From contig JAHLMN010000006.1 in assembly GCA_018920345.1 (NCBI GenBank), forward strand, positions 8,817 through 72,816: a DNA stretch of 64,000 bases, written 5' to 3'. Of this stretch, positions 48,744 to 58,818 are shown one piece after another (the stretch's first letter is position 1; every line of letters begins with the position of its first letter). A program made the position numbers and the translations under genes. The DNA is from Candidatus Aenigmatarchaeota archaeon. Lineage in GTDB: Archaea; Aenigmatarchaeota; Aenigmatarchaeia; CG10238-14. The notes beneath the pieces were generated by a model, which did no database searches, had not been told where the DNA came from, and worked only from the letters and a program-made list of their open reading frames with translations.

Positions 48744-50843
48744 ATGAAAGAAAAAATAATTGCATCCATTTTGGCTGCAATTATTGCACTAGCTCCAATA
48801 GTTTCGGCAGCAGTGACTTTGGGCGACTACCCAACATTTTTGTTCAAGGACCATAACTTGAACGCTTATGTTGTGGTAGGTTCAGCAGCCCAACCAGCAG
48901 ATGTCGTCGGTGCTGTTGATCTTGCAGTCAGACTAGCTGGAGAATCTTACGAAGAAGTATCCACTACTGGTGAAACAACAGTAGCTGGAGGTACTTCTGA
49001 AGATATCCCGCTAGGTGAACCAATTGCTGCATCTGGTTTACTAGATGCAACATTGAAAAAATACAAGTTACCTGGCTTGCAAGAATCTTCAGTATCTTTC
49101 CAAGACGACAGCTATGATTTCCATGAAGAAATCATAGTTGCTGATAACACAGGTTCGCCTGCAAGCCCAAGTGTAGAAACAGCTTTGACAACAAATGATT
49201 GGGACATGGGTTCCAATGTATATTTGTTGACAAACAAAAACTCTCTCAAATACAGATTTGTATTTGATGAGAATATAGATTTAACAAAAGCTACAAACGA
49301 TGAACCTCTAGAAATTGACTTCTTGGGCAAAAGATTAACAATAACAAATGTAAGTTTGGCAAACCAACAAATAACAGTTAGAGTTGGTGAAGAATATACA
49401 TTAAATGTAGGCGACTCAGCAACAGTTGCTGGTAAAAAAGTCACATTAAAGAATGTCGGATCTAGCGGAACATCTGCAGTCGTTGATGTAGATGGTGTTG
49501 TTTCAACAGTTGGAACAACCCAAAAAACAGTCAACGGCCTAAAGATTCAAGTAAAAGAAACATTCTATTCAGAAACACTATCTGAAAGAATGGCAACATT
49601 ATTAATAGGTACAGAAACAACAAAGACATATACACATGGACAAGAATTCATTGGTGAAGACAAAAATAATCCAAACTGGAAATGGGATTTATCTGGTTTA
49701 ACAGCATCCCCACAATATATAGGTATACAAAACGAATTTGTTAAAGACTCTTATTCAAAGAGTCCAGCTACATTGGGCGGATGCTATGAATTCCCATACA
49801 AGTATGCAAAGGTATGCCTAGAGAAATTAACAGTAGATGATTACTCTGAATATACCTTCAAGGCAGATACTGGTGTTGATCTATCCAATGCAGGTGGATC
49901 AACAAATGAAAAGGTATTAACAATAGTATCTGGCTCTAAAGAAGGTATAGTCTTGGGTTCAGTAAAGACAGATACAGTATATTTGAAATATAACACAACA
50001 TCAGCTGACGGTAAACTATCTGTTTACTACAAAGATACAAACAATAAAGTTCAATATTTTGGCGATGTAGGTAACGCTACATTAGGCCAAATTAATTACA
50101 AAGATACAAAAGGTACAGATATGGTATTAAAAGTACAAAATGCATTAACAACAGGATTTTATCTAGTAGTAGATGATATTGCATCTTCAAACGATTTAGT
50201 AATGAGATGGACAATATCATCTGATGCAATAGATCATCTAGGTACAAATGCAGACCAAAAAGATTCCGATGAGTTGTGGTATGGTTCACAACAAATCGGT
50301 ACAAAAGAAAAAGACTTGAGATCAGAATACGGCTATATAATAGCTACACCATCTACAAACGGTGATAGAGACCAAGTAGTCTTGCGTGTTCCAGCTGACC
50401 AAGTCAAGGCTAAAGTTGTAGTCTATGGTCCAGGTGGAACATCCTCAACAACTGAGGGTGGCAAGATCAAGAAAGTTGTCCCAGTCACAACAACTGTCGC
50501 AAAGCTAGATACTGAAGTAGACCCAACAACTGTTGACAAACACCTAGTATTAGTAGGTGGTCCAGCTGTCAACAGACTAACAGCCCAAGCAATGGGTTTA
50601 AGCTTCCCAACCTATGGTAGCTCTGGTATGTTACCATTTGGAGAAGGAGAAGCTTACATAAAGGTCTACGACGGTGTCTTCAAGCCAGGACAAGTTGTTG
50701 TTGTTGTAGCTGGCTGGGAAGCAGAAAATACAAGAATGGCAACAAGTCTATTACAACAATTTGACACATTTGCCGGACAGCTAGGTAGCAATACTGCAGT
50801 CAAAGTCACAAGTCTATCCGCAAGCGGCATAAAGCCAGCTTAA
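48744..50843 (+). CDS. S-layer protein
   Basis: Signal peptide, VVVGSAA..ADVVGA N-terminal and LVLVGGPAVN..VVVAG C-terminal S-layer motifs; GC-richer codon usage; AAGGTGA SD. Confidence 0.9.
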   Translation: MKEKIIASILAAIIALAPIVSAAVTLGDYPTFLFKDHNLNAYVVVGSAAQPADVVGAVDLAVRLAGESYEEVSTTGETTVAGGTSEDIPLGEPIAASGLLDATLKKYKLPGLQESSVSFQDDSYDFHEEIIVADNTGSPASPSVETALTTNDWDMGSNVYLLTNKNSLKYRFVFDENIDLTKATNDEPLEIDFLGKRLTITNVSLANQQITVRVGEEYTLNVGDSATVAGKKVTLKNVGSSGTSAVVDVDGVVSTVGTTQKTVNGLKIQVKETFYSETLSERMATLLIGTETTKTYTHGQEFIGEDKNNPNWKWDLSGLTASPQYIGIQNEFVKDSYSKSPATLGGCYEFPYKYAKVCLEKLTVDDYSEYTFKADTGVDLSNAGGSTNEKVLTIVSGSKEGIVLGSVKTDTVYLKYNTTSADGKLSVYYKDTNNKVQYFGDVGNATLGQINYKDTKGTDMVLKVQNALTTGFYLVVDDIASSNDLVMRWTISSDAIDHLGTNADQKDSDELWYGSQQIGTKEKDLRSEYGYIIATPSTNGDRDQVVLRVPADQVKAKVVVYGPGGTSSTTEGGKIKKVVPVTTTVAKLDTEVDPTTVDKHLVLVGGPAVNRLTAQAMGLSFPTYGSSGMLPFGEGEAYIKVYDGVFKPGQVVVVVAGWEAENTRMATSLLQQFDTFAGQLGSNTAVKVTSLSASGIKPA

Positions 50844-50890
50844 GTCGGATAGAATGTTGGCTTGATTGGCCCTCTTTTTTTCTTTTATAT
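50844..50890 (+). terminator. probable terminator after the S-layer gene
   Basis: Weak hairpin followed by CTCTTTTTTTCTTTT. Confidence 0.45.
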
Positions 50891-50919
50891 TTTAATGACA
50901 AATTCTAAATGCGGTTAAA

Positions 50920-51501
50920 ATGAAAGCAAAATTCAAAGTAAAAACATTTTTAACAACTTTGATATTTTTGCTAATATTATCTGTTGTTATATTATTGATA
51001 ATTCAAATTATAATAAACTTAAAACCTGTAAAATATGTTAAATACAAAAATATTGTTTTTGGTTTTAGAGATGATGTAAAGAAAGCTGAAAAAATAAATG
51101 TTTATCCTAATGAAAAAATACTTGGACAACAATTTTGGGACTACAAAATTCAAAATATAACAATTTTTTTCAAACCAGATGATAACTATAACAAATATTA
51201 TCAATTAGCCGCATTTGAACTTACATATAAAATCTCTCAAATGTATATGACTCTCAGACCTTTAATAATAGAAAAAAATTTTTCAGCTCAATCAATAGAT
51301 AATTTTGATAATATAACAAGAGAAGAAGGTGTGTTAAAAATAATCTTAATACCCCCAGAGCAATCAAATGAAACTATAATTAAGGTTTCTAGTAATAGAG
51401 TTTACATATATTGGGAAAACCCAAGAGATTTAGATTTAGCTGTTATGAAGACAATCTTATCAGCATTAAAATATAATGGTAATTATACTCTAGTGACTTA
51501 A
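50920..51501 (+). CDS. membrane-anchored hypothetical protein
   Basis: N-terminal TM. Confidence 0.7.
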   Translation: MKAKFKVKTFLTTLIFLLILSVVILLIIQIIINLKPVKYVKYKNIVFGFRDDVKKAEKINVYPNEKILGQQFWDYKIQNITIFFKPDDNYNKYYQLAAFELTYKISQMYMTLRPLIIEKNFSAQSIDNFDNITREEGVLKIILIPPEQSNETIIKVSSNRVYIYWENPRDLDLAVMKTILSALKYNGNYTLVT

Positions 51502-52134
51502 TTCTCTTAATATCTTATCTTTTTCAGTAAGACCTACAAATGTTTTATTCTCAAAAACAATAAATGGTGTTGTAGTAACATTATAGTTATTTTTTAAAGT
51601 ATTAATTATAGGTAAATTTAAACCAGCATCTAAAACAAAAATCTTGATTTTACCTTTAAGTTCATTTTCTCTAATATCATCCAATATTTTCCCCTGCTTT
51701 TCACAATCTTTACAAGGTATAGAATAAAAATAAAGCAAGATTATATTGTCATCTTTACATTTACTTTTAAGATAATTGTTTAATATCCATGCCCTGACAG
51801 AAAGTAACGAATATTGTGCTTTTAGATCCATAAATCTATTATTGTTAGAATCACTTTCCAATTTAACTAACTCTTGCCCTATAATCCATAAATTTTTATT
51901 AGTTTCATCTACCATTGTTTTTAACGCATCACAAGAAATTTTATCGCCTAAACTGTTTATATATAGATATTCTAATTGTGTATTTTCTATTGATTTTTCA
52001 ATTTCATCAAGCTTTCTTTCTATACTATTTTCTGTATTTTTCTGTAATATTATACCTGTATATATGCCAAAAATATAGAGTACAAAAGAAAGGATAGCAG
52101 CAAATATGTAGGCCTTTTTATATTCTTTTTTCAT
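51490..52134 (-). CDS. membrane-anchored protein with C-terminal thioredoxin-like domain
   Basis: TM, LYFYSIPCKDCEKQGKILD, TTPFIV. Confidence 0.75.
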   Translation of the reverse strand: MKKEYKKAYIFAAILSFVLYIFGIYTGIILQKNTENSIERKLDEIEKSIENTQLEYLYINSLGDKISCDALKTMVDETNKNLWIIGQELVKLESDSNNNRFMDLKAQYSLLSVRAWILNNYLKSKCKDDNIILLYFYSIPCKDCEKQGKILDDIRENELKGKIKIFVLDAGLNLPIINTLKNNYNVTTTPFIVFENKTFVGLTEKDKILRELSH

Positions 52135-52184
52135 TTACAAACACTTTAAAAAATATAATTATACAATTTTATATAAGTGGTGTA

Positions 52185-53447
52185 ATGGATATAACTTTAT
52201 TTAAACCATTATTAGTCTATATAAACTCTACGAGCTTTTTTATATACAACTTATTCTTTTTCCCTGTAATGTTTTTTACATTATATTTTCTACTTGTATG
52301 TTTTATCTCGATTTTTACAAAATACAAAAATAATTACAAGATAAATCCTAAAGAATGGCCTTTTGTGACAGTTCAAATACCTACATACAATGAATTAATA
52401 GCTTTAAGGTGTGCTAAAAAATGTTTACAATTTGATTATCCAAAGGATAGATATGAAATAATAATTGGAGATGATAGTAATAAACCTGAGATTTCAAGAA
52501 AGATTGATGAATTTGCTTCAAAATATGGAATAAAAGTTACAAGAAGAGGTTCTAATAAAGGGTATAAAGCTGGAAACCTTAACCATATGCTTAAATATTC
52601 AAAAGGCGAGATAATAGTAGTTTTTGATTCTGATTTTATTCCAGAAAAAGATTTTTTAAAAAGAATAGTACAACCTTTTCTAGTCGATAAAAAAGTTGGT
52701 TGTGTTCAAGCAAAATGGTCTTTTATAAATGAAAAACAAAATCTTGTTACAAAATTCGGCTCCAGTATTGTTATGGTTTATCAAAGGCTCATAGCACCTA
52801 TAAATAATATTTTGCAAGTTCCTTTACTTTTTGGCTCTGGTCAAGCAATAAGAAAAGATTTAATAAAAAAATTAGGAGGTTGGCAAGAATGGAGTTTGAC
52901 AGAAGATGTTGAATTTTCTGTCAGAGCGTTAAAGGCTGGATATAAAATAGTTTATATGCATGATTTGTCAGTTAAAGGAGAAGTTCCGTTTACAGTGAGA
53001 GATCTAAGAAAACAACAAAGAAAATGGGCTTATGGAAATTTTAATGCATTTTTAGATCACTGGAAATCTATAATATTTGGTAAATTCTCTTTGCCACAAA
53101 AAGCTATGCTAATAATGACTTTGACAGGATATATCTCAAGTATATTTTTACTTGTCTTTATTTTTTCAGGTCTAATATATTTTTGGACAGGAGAGCCAGC
53201 ACCATTCAATTTTATAAAATTCTCTAAAGAAACATTTAAATCGATTGCAGCAAGTTCTGGATTTTTAATAGCAATGATAATAGTTTTAAAAAGAGAGAAA
53301 AAAACAGGAATGCTGAAGCAAATAATTATAGGTGCATTTACTGTTGGTATAGCTGTTACTATTGGCATTGCATCTGGTATAGCTAATGCCATATTAAGAA
53401 AAAGATTAAACTGGTATGTTGTTCCAAAAAAAGGAAAAGTAAGATGA
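52185..53447 (+). CDS. GT2 processive-type glycosyltransferase
   Basis: QIPTYNE, GDDS, GYKAGNLN, FDSD, LTED, QQRKWAYG. Confidence 0.92.
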   Translation: MDITLFKPLLVYINSTSFFIYNLFFFPVMFFTLYFLLVCFISIFTKYKNNYKINPKEWPFVTVQIPTYNELIALRCAKKCLQFDYPKDRYEIIIGDDSNKPEISRKIDEFASKYGIKVTRRGSNKGYKAGNLNHMLKYSKGEIIVVFDSDFIPEKDFLKRIVQPFLVDKKVGCVQAKWSFINEKQNLVTKFGSSIVMVYQRLIAPINNILQVPLLFGSGQAIRKDLIKKLGGWQEWSLTEDVEFSVRALKAGYKIVYMHDLSVKGEVPFTVRDLRKQQRKWAYGNFNAFLDHWKSIIFGKFSLPQKAMLIMTLTGYISSIFLLVFIFSGLIYFWTGEPAPFNFIKFSKETFKSIAASSGFLIAMIIVLKREKKTGMLKQIIIGAFTVGIAVTIGIASGIANAILRKRLNWYVVPKKGKVR

Positions 53448-53451
53448 TAAA

Positions 53452-54729
53452 ATGTTATACTATACTATACTTGTAATTCTATTTAGTCTTTTACTTATTC
53501 TTAATTTAAGCTGGATATTTATTTTCTTTTTTGCTAAAAGAAGAAAATATTCACAAAATTTTGATCCACCTGTTTCTGTTTTATTGCCTGCGCATAATGA
53601 GGAAGAAGTAATTGAAGATACTATAAAAAGTATACTATCATCAGATTATAAAAATGATATTGAGATTGTTGTTATTAATGATGGATCAACTGATAATACA
53701 GAAAAAATAGTTAAAAAATTACAAAAAAAAGATAAAAGAATAAAACTTCTAAAAACAAATCACGTAGGAAAAGCAAGAGCTTTGAATTTTGGGGCAAAAA
53801 AAGCAAAGTATGATTACTTGATCTTTCTAGATGCTGATTCTGTTTTAGAAAAAAATACCATAAAAGAAATAATAAGACCTTTGCAAGATCCAAAAATAGC
53901 AGCTTCGTCTGGTTCTGTAAGAGTTAAAATAACTAAAAATCCTTTAACATGGTTTCAAGATTTTGAATATATACTATCTTCAGGTTGGCGTTATCTATGC
54001 TCACTAATAAATGCAGTTTCTGTTTTACCAGGATTTTTTGCAACAAAGAAAAAAATATTTTTAGAAATAGGAGGATTTGAAGCAGATACTTTAACAGAAG
54101 ATTTTGATATAACACTTCGTTTTAAAAAACATGGATATGAAGTTTCGGTTAATCCTGATGCTGTGATGTATACAACAGTTCCAAACAAACTAAGAACTTT
54201 AGCAAAACAAAGAATAAGATGGGGTCGAGGAAGTTTACAAGTAATAAAAAAACACAAAGACATGTTATTTTCAAAAAAACACAAATTTTTGGGATATTAC
54301 ATATTACCTACACATCTTTTTTGGTATATATTTTCTTTACTTTATTTACCTTCAGTTCTTTACTGGATGATAGGAGATTATTACAAATATTTTTATTCAA
54401 CAGGAAACTCTTTGTCCAAAGATGCTTTATTATTTTTCTTTAAATGGATATGTTCTTATGGTATGTTTGATTTAATGTATAAAGTTTTTTCAGGTATATA
54501 TCAGCTTCATCTTTTATTGCTTATAACAATAATAAACTATTTGGCAACAATAACATACAATATTTTGCTATTTTCAAGAATGAAAAAGTTAAGAGTTATT
54601 CATTTATTAGCATATTTATTTATTTTTCCATATTATTTATTCATAATTTTAGTTCAATTCATTACAGTTATTTATGAGTCAATTAACTTTTTGATGAAAA
54701 AACCATCTGAAAATAAATGGGCAAAATAA
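53452..54729 (+). CDS. GT2 processive-type glycosyltransferase
   Basis: LPAHNEE, NDGSTD, GKARALN, LDAD, LTED, QRIRWGRG. Confidence 0.92.
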   Translation: MLYYTILVILFSLLLILNLSWIFIFFFAKRRKYSQNFDPPVSVLLPAHNEEEVIEDTIKSILSSDYKNDIEIVVINDGSTDNTEKIVKKLQKKDKRIKLLKTNHVGKARALNFGAKKAKYDYLIFLDADSVLEKNTIKEIIRPLQDPKIAASSGSVRVKITKNPLTWFQDFEYILSSGWRYLCSLINAVSVLPGFFATKKKIFLEIGGFEADTLTEDFDITLRFKKHGYEVSVNPDAVMYTTVPNKLRTLAKQRIRWGRGSLQVIKKHKDMLFSKKHKFLGYYILPTHLFWYIFSLLYLPSVLYWMIGDYYKYFYSTGNSLSKDALLFFFKWICSYGMFDLMYKVFSGIYQLHLLLLITIINYLATITYNILLFSRMKKLRVIHLLAYLFIFPYYLFIILVQFITVIYESINFLMKKPSENKWAK

Positions 54730-54730
54730 T

Positions 54731-55072
54731 TTAAAATGGTTTAAGACTGCCTGTTATTTTGTCTATTTTTTCTTCTTCAACTGGTCCTATTCCTAAAGCT
54801 GTTATAGTACCTGGTTTTAATTCTGTTAACCCAGCATCTTTAACAAGAAAACATGGTATCTTTGCCTTTTTAACTTGTTTATAAATTTCCAAAATCTCTT
54901 CTTCATTATTAACAGCTAAAACAACTTTTTTAGATCCAAAAAATTTCCATTTTTCAATCAAACTCCATTTGACTTTTTCGAAAGAATGTACAGCAGCATG
55001 ACACGCCTGAGCAGCTGCTTTACCCTTAGACATTTTTAAATCCTTTCTTAAAATAATTACTTGCTTATACAT
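54731..55072 (-). CDS. pth2: peptidyl-tRNA hydrolase Pth2
   Basis: RKDLKMSKGKAAAQACHA, DAGLTE, GIGP. Confidence 0.95.
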   Translation of the reverse strand: MYKQVIILRKDLKMSKGKAAAQACHAAVHSFEKVKWSLIEKWKFFGSKKVVLAVNNEEEILEIYKQVKKAKIPCFLVKDAGLTELKPGTITALGIGPVEEEKIDKITGSLKPF

Positions 55073-55074
55073 AT

Positions 55075-55509
55075 CTATCCTATATATCTAGTATCCTTTT
55101 GTTCTTCTCCTCTTTTAATCATAACAGTTGGAAACATTATTGGTGGTGGTAAACTCATATTTTCAGCTAGATTTATTTCTATTGTCATACATTTTCTAAA
55201 AAGAAAATTTTTTATTTCAACATCAACTTCAGGTAAAACTCTTTTTTCTTTTTTCCATAACTTTAAAGCATCATTAACTTTATTGCCAATATACATCACA
55301 TTACCTTCTAGTCTTATTTCACCTACATTAGGTTCATATTTTGTGAAAAATTCAAAAGAAACATCTAGAGCAGATTCTTTATTTTTTATTCCTATACTGG
55401 TTTTTTCTATGTTTAAAATGTTTACAGTAGTGTTTATATCAATTCTATCTTTTGGTTGATTTTTTCTAAATGCATTTAAATTTTTTAAATAAAAACCTAC
55501 TATAGGCAT
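55075..55509 (-). CDS. conserved archaeal hypothetical protein
   Basis: MPIVGF, YEPNVGEIRLEG, LPPPI. Confidence 0.75.
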   Translation of the reverse strand: MPIVGFYLKNLNAFRKNQPKDRIDINTTVNILNIEKTSIGIKNKESALDVSFEFFTKYEPNVGEIRLEGNVMYIGNKVNDALKLWKKEKRVLPEVDVEIKNFLFRKCMTIEINLAENMSLPPPIMFPTVMIKRGEEQKDTRYIG

Positions 55510-55550
55510 TTTACATCTTTTAATAAATGTGAAAACAAAATTAAATTAGT

Positions 55551-56063
55551 ATGCCATCAGCTTTAATTATAATTTCTCAAACAAATTTTAATGAAAATGA
55601 ATTTTTCACAACAAAAAGAATATTATCAGAAAAAATTAAAGTGGAGACAGCATCTATTTCTCTTGAAGAATGCATTGGTATGAAAGGTCATAAAGTTAAA
55701 CCTGACAAAACAGTAGAAGATGCATTAAAAAAGGAATATGATGCTATAGCTATAATTGGTGGCACTGGTTGCTATAAATTATCAGAATATCCTGAAGTGA
55801 TAGAAATAATAAAAAAACAAACAGAGAAAAACAAAATAGTTGCTGCTATTTGTTTAGCACCTACTATATTGGCTAGAGCAGGTGTTTTGAAAGATGTTAT
55901 AGCAACTGTTTATCCTTCAGATTGGGCAATAGCTTTGCTAGAAAAAGAAGGTGCTCATTATATAGCTAAGAATTTAATAGAAGATGGTAATATAATTACA
56001 GCAGATAGCCCTAGAGTAGCAGAAGAATTTGCTAAAACAATACTTAAAAAACTTAAATTATAA
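55551..56063 (+). CDS. DJ-1/PfpI family protein
   Basis: FNENE, IIGG, AAICLAP, DGNIITA. Confidence 0.9.
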   Translation: MPSALIIISQTNFNENEFFTTKRILSEKIKVETASISLEECIGMKGHKVKPDKTVEDALKKEYDAIAIIGGTGCYKLSEYPEVIEIIKKQTEKNKIVAAICLAPTILARAGVLKDVIATVYPSDWAIALLEKEGAHYIAKNLIEDGNIITADSPRVAEEFAKTILKKLKL

Positions 56064-56083
56064 AAATATATGAATGAGGTGAC

Positions 56084-56620
56084 ATGATGAAACTAATCAT
56101 ACCTGTTGTGAATGGATATGAAGATATTGAATTAATAACTGTTGTTGATGTTTTAAGAAGAGCAGGTATACCTGTTGAAATAGTTGGTGTAACTGCTTCT
56201 ATGGTTGAAGGTAAAAGTAAAGTAAAAATAATGACAGATAAAAGATTACAAGAAGTTTCTTTAAGAGAATATGACGGAATAATATTAATTGGCGGCCCTG
56301 GTTATGCTTCTTTAGAAAAAACAGCCATACTTAATGATTATATAAAAGCTTTTGCAACACAAGGAAAGCTTTTAGCTGCTATAGGAGAAGGTGTTGCTAT
56401 ATTAGCTAAGAATGGTTTATTAGATGAAAAAAAGGCAGTTATAGCTCCTGGGATGGAAAAACTTTTAGCATATCCAAGAGACCAGCCTGTTATAACTGAT
56501 CAAAATATTATTACTTCTCAAGCACCAGGTACAGCAATGCATTTTGCTTTAGCTATTGTCAAAAAACTTAAAGGAGATCAGGCAGCTCAGTTACTTAAAA
56601 AAGAGCTGGTAGTAGTATGA
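56084..56620 (+). CDS. DJ-1/YajL family protein lacking the nucleophilic Cys
   Basis: GYEDIE..VDVLRRAG, AAIGEG in place of AAIC, ITSQAPGTAMHFAL. Confidence 0.88.
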   Translation: MMKLIIPVVNGYEDIELITVVDVLRRAGIPVEIVGVTASMVEGKSKVKIMTDKRLQEVSLREYDGIILIGGPGYASLEKTAILNDYIKAFATQGKLLAAIGEGVAILAKNGLLDEKKAVIAPGMEKLLAYPRDQPVITDQNIITSQAPGTAMHFALAIVKKLKGDQAAQLLKKELVVV

Positions 56621-56841
56621 ATGAAATAGAAAAAGAAATTATGAAGATAATGAAAGAAAAACAGGTTTCAAGAAAGTGGGAAGTTTTTGAAGAAATTTCT
56701 AAAAAGAAAAAAGTTTCTAAAAAAGAGTTTGAAAAGGTTTTAAATCAACTTTTAGAAAAAAACTGGTTAGTTAGTGTATACGGTGGAAATACTACTTTTG
56801 CTTTAACCCAAAGAGGATTAAGAGAATCTAAATTAAAATAA
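56617..56841 (+). CDS. small winged-helix-like protein
   Basis: LNQLLEKNWL..FALTQRG. Confidence 0.65.
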   Translation: MNEIEKEIMKIMKEKQVSRKWEVFEEISKKKKVSKKEFEKVLNQLLEKNWLVSVYGGNTTFALTQRGLRESKLK

Positions 56842-56867
56842 TTCTTGACTTATATATTTCTTATTAA

Positions 56868-56940
56868 AGCCCTGTGGTGTAGAGGTCAAGCACGCGAGGC
56901 TCTGGACCTCGAGACCCCAGTTCGAATCTGGGCGGGGCTA
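56868..56940 (+). tRNA. tRNA-Gln(CTG)
   Basis: A1-U72 acceptor AGCCCTG/CGGGGCT, CGAGG-CTCTGGA-CCTCG anticodon arm. Confidence 0.95.
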
Positions 56941-56985
56941 TCAAAAAACTAGAAATTTAAATATATTCAAGATATGTGATTATAG

Positions 56986-57615
56986 ATGTTTGAAGGATTT
57001 ATTTATCATTTGTTGATCACATACGGCTATATTGGAATATTTCTTTTGATGATTTTACAAACAATCCTTGTAGTAATACCATCTGAAGCTGTTATAGCAT
57101 TATCAGGTGCTTTAGGTCTTGAAACAACCAAAGTCATAGCTATAGGAACTCTAGGCCTTTTAGCAGGTGCGACAATAGCTTTTTTTATTTCAAGATATTT
57201 TGGTAGAAAAATAGTAGTAAAAATTTTAGGTGACGAATGGTTAGATGAAGTTGATCAATGGATAGAGCAAAATGGAACAAAAGCAATATTTATCGCACGA
57301 CTAGTTCCTTTAATACCTTTTGATCTTATAAGTTATGTTTCAGGTTTGACAAAAATGGAATTTAAAAAATATATTGTTGCCACAATTATAGGAATGATAC
57401 CAAGGATAATATTTTTGGTATATTTGGGCGAGACAGCAAAATCTATTTTATCAATAATAGGTTTGGGTATAGATTTTATAATAATATTTGGCACTCTAGG
57501 CATCATATTAATAATCTATCTAGATAGAAATGGACACTTGAATGGTTTGAGAAATTTTGTAATGAAGAAAGTTATAAAAACAAAGCGATTTTATAGAAAA
57601 AAACAATATAAATAA
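56986..57615 (+). CDS. DedA/TVP38 (SNARE-associated) membrane protein
   Basis: IPSE, FFISRYFGR, ARLVPLIPFDLISYVSG. Confidence 0.9.
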   Translation: MFEGFIYHLLITYGYIGIFLLMILQTILVVIPSEAVIALSGALGLETTKVIAIGTLGLLAGATIAFFISRYFGRKIVVKILGDEWLDEVDQWIEQNGTKAIFIARLVPLIPFDLISYVSGLTKMEFKKYIVATIIGMIPRIIFLVYLGETAKSILSIIGLGIDFIIIFGTLGIILIIYLDRNGHLNGLRNFVMKKVIKTKRFYRKKQYK

Positions 57616-57618
57616 TTT

Positions 57619-58305
57619 ATGAAACTAGAAAAATTCTTTGAAAAAATAAGACAACAAAACAGAAAAAATCTTACGGAGCAAGAATCCCGTTTTATACTTT
57701 CTTCTTACGGCATTAAAATTGTTAAAGGAGAAGTAGCAACATCTTTAGAGCAAGCTAAAGAAATAGCCAAAAGAATAGGCTATCCTGTGGCCATTAAAAT
57801 AGTTTCTAAAGATATAATCCATAAAACAGATGTTGGTGGTGTATCTCTAAACATAAAATCACCAGAAGAATTATCTTTTGAATATAGCAAAATGATGCAA
57901 AATATAAAACAAAAATTACCTTCCATATCTATAGAAGGCGTCTTTGTACAACAAATGATCACTGACGGTCACGAGCTAATTTTGGGTGCAAAAAAAGATC
58001 AAGTATTTGGCCCAGTAATAATGCTAGGTTTTGGGGGAATATATGTTGAGGCTTTAGACGATATTTCATTTAGAATAGCACCTGTAAGCAAAAAAGATGT
58101 AATAGAAATGATTAACGAGACAAAAATAGGAAAAATAATAAGAGGTTTTAGAGGCAAGGCGGCAAATATAAATGCTTTGATAAAAGCGACTATGAATTTA
58201 TCCAAATTAGTTGTAGAAAATCCACAGATATTAGAAATAGATATAAACCCTTTGATGCTTGGCAATGATGCAATAGCTCTAGATGCTAGAATAATGATAG
58301 AATAA
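57619..58305 (+). CDS. acdB: ADP-forming acetyl-CoA synthetase beta subunit (ATP-grasp)
   Basis: GYPVAIKIVS..HKTDVGGV, FGPVIMLGFGG, EIDINPL, DAR. Confidence 0.92.
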   Translation: MKLEKFFEKIRQQNRKNLTEQESRFILSSYGIKIVKGEVATSLEQAKEIAKRIGYPVAIKIVSKDIIHKTDVGGVSLNIKSPEELSFEYSKMMQNIKQKLPSISIEGVFVQQMITDGHELILGAKKDQVFGPVIMLGFGGIYVEALDDISFRIAPVSKKDVIEMINETKIGKIIRGFRGKAANINALIKATMNLSKLVVENPQILEIDINPLMLGNDAIALDARIMIE

Positions 58306-58440
58306 ATTTAATGGTTTTTTTATCCAAAAAAAGAATTTTTATTACTTTTCATTCCAAAAAAATAATTTTAATGCCTATTTTTTCTTGAATTTTTACCAAA
58401 AAATAACATTTATAAACCACACAAACCATAATAGAATATC

Positions 58441-58818
58441 ATGGCTCGTCAAAAAGCCAAGTGTTTTTTAAAAGTTAAAGGCTTTTTTGCGGCAGCAAAA
58501 GAGTCTATAAGTAATACTTTCCAAGATATTTTTAAATCACCCTTTTCTTGGAAAAGTATTTTATGGGATTCTTATATAGCGGATGAACTTCCTGAAAAAA
58601 CAATGAGATTTGCTAAAATATTAACAGCAATATCAGTTGCTTTAAGATTTGTCAGCACCACATTTATAGGCATATATTTGGCTTTAGATGGTTTGTACTC
58701 TATCTACAGAAACAGATTTGAGCTAAAATTAACAAAGTCTTGGGAAGAAGACGTTCCAAGATTTGCAAGAATAATGCTAGGAATTCTGATAATCTTTAAT
58801 TTTTACACTTTATTTTAG
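58441..58818 (+). CDS. membrane hypothetical protein
   Basis: 125-aa ORF with hydrophobic segments. Confidence 0.6.
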   Translation: MARQKAKCFLKVKGFFAAAKESISNTFQDIFKSPFSWKSILWDSYIADELPEKTMRFAKILTAISVALRFVSTTFIGIYLALDGLYSIYRNRFELKLTKSWEEDVPRFARIMLGILIIFNFYTLF

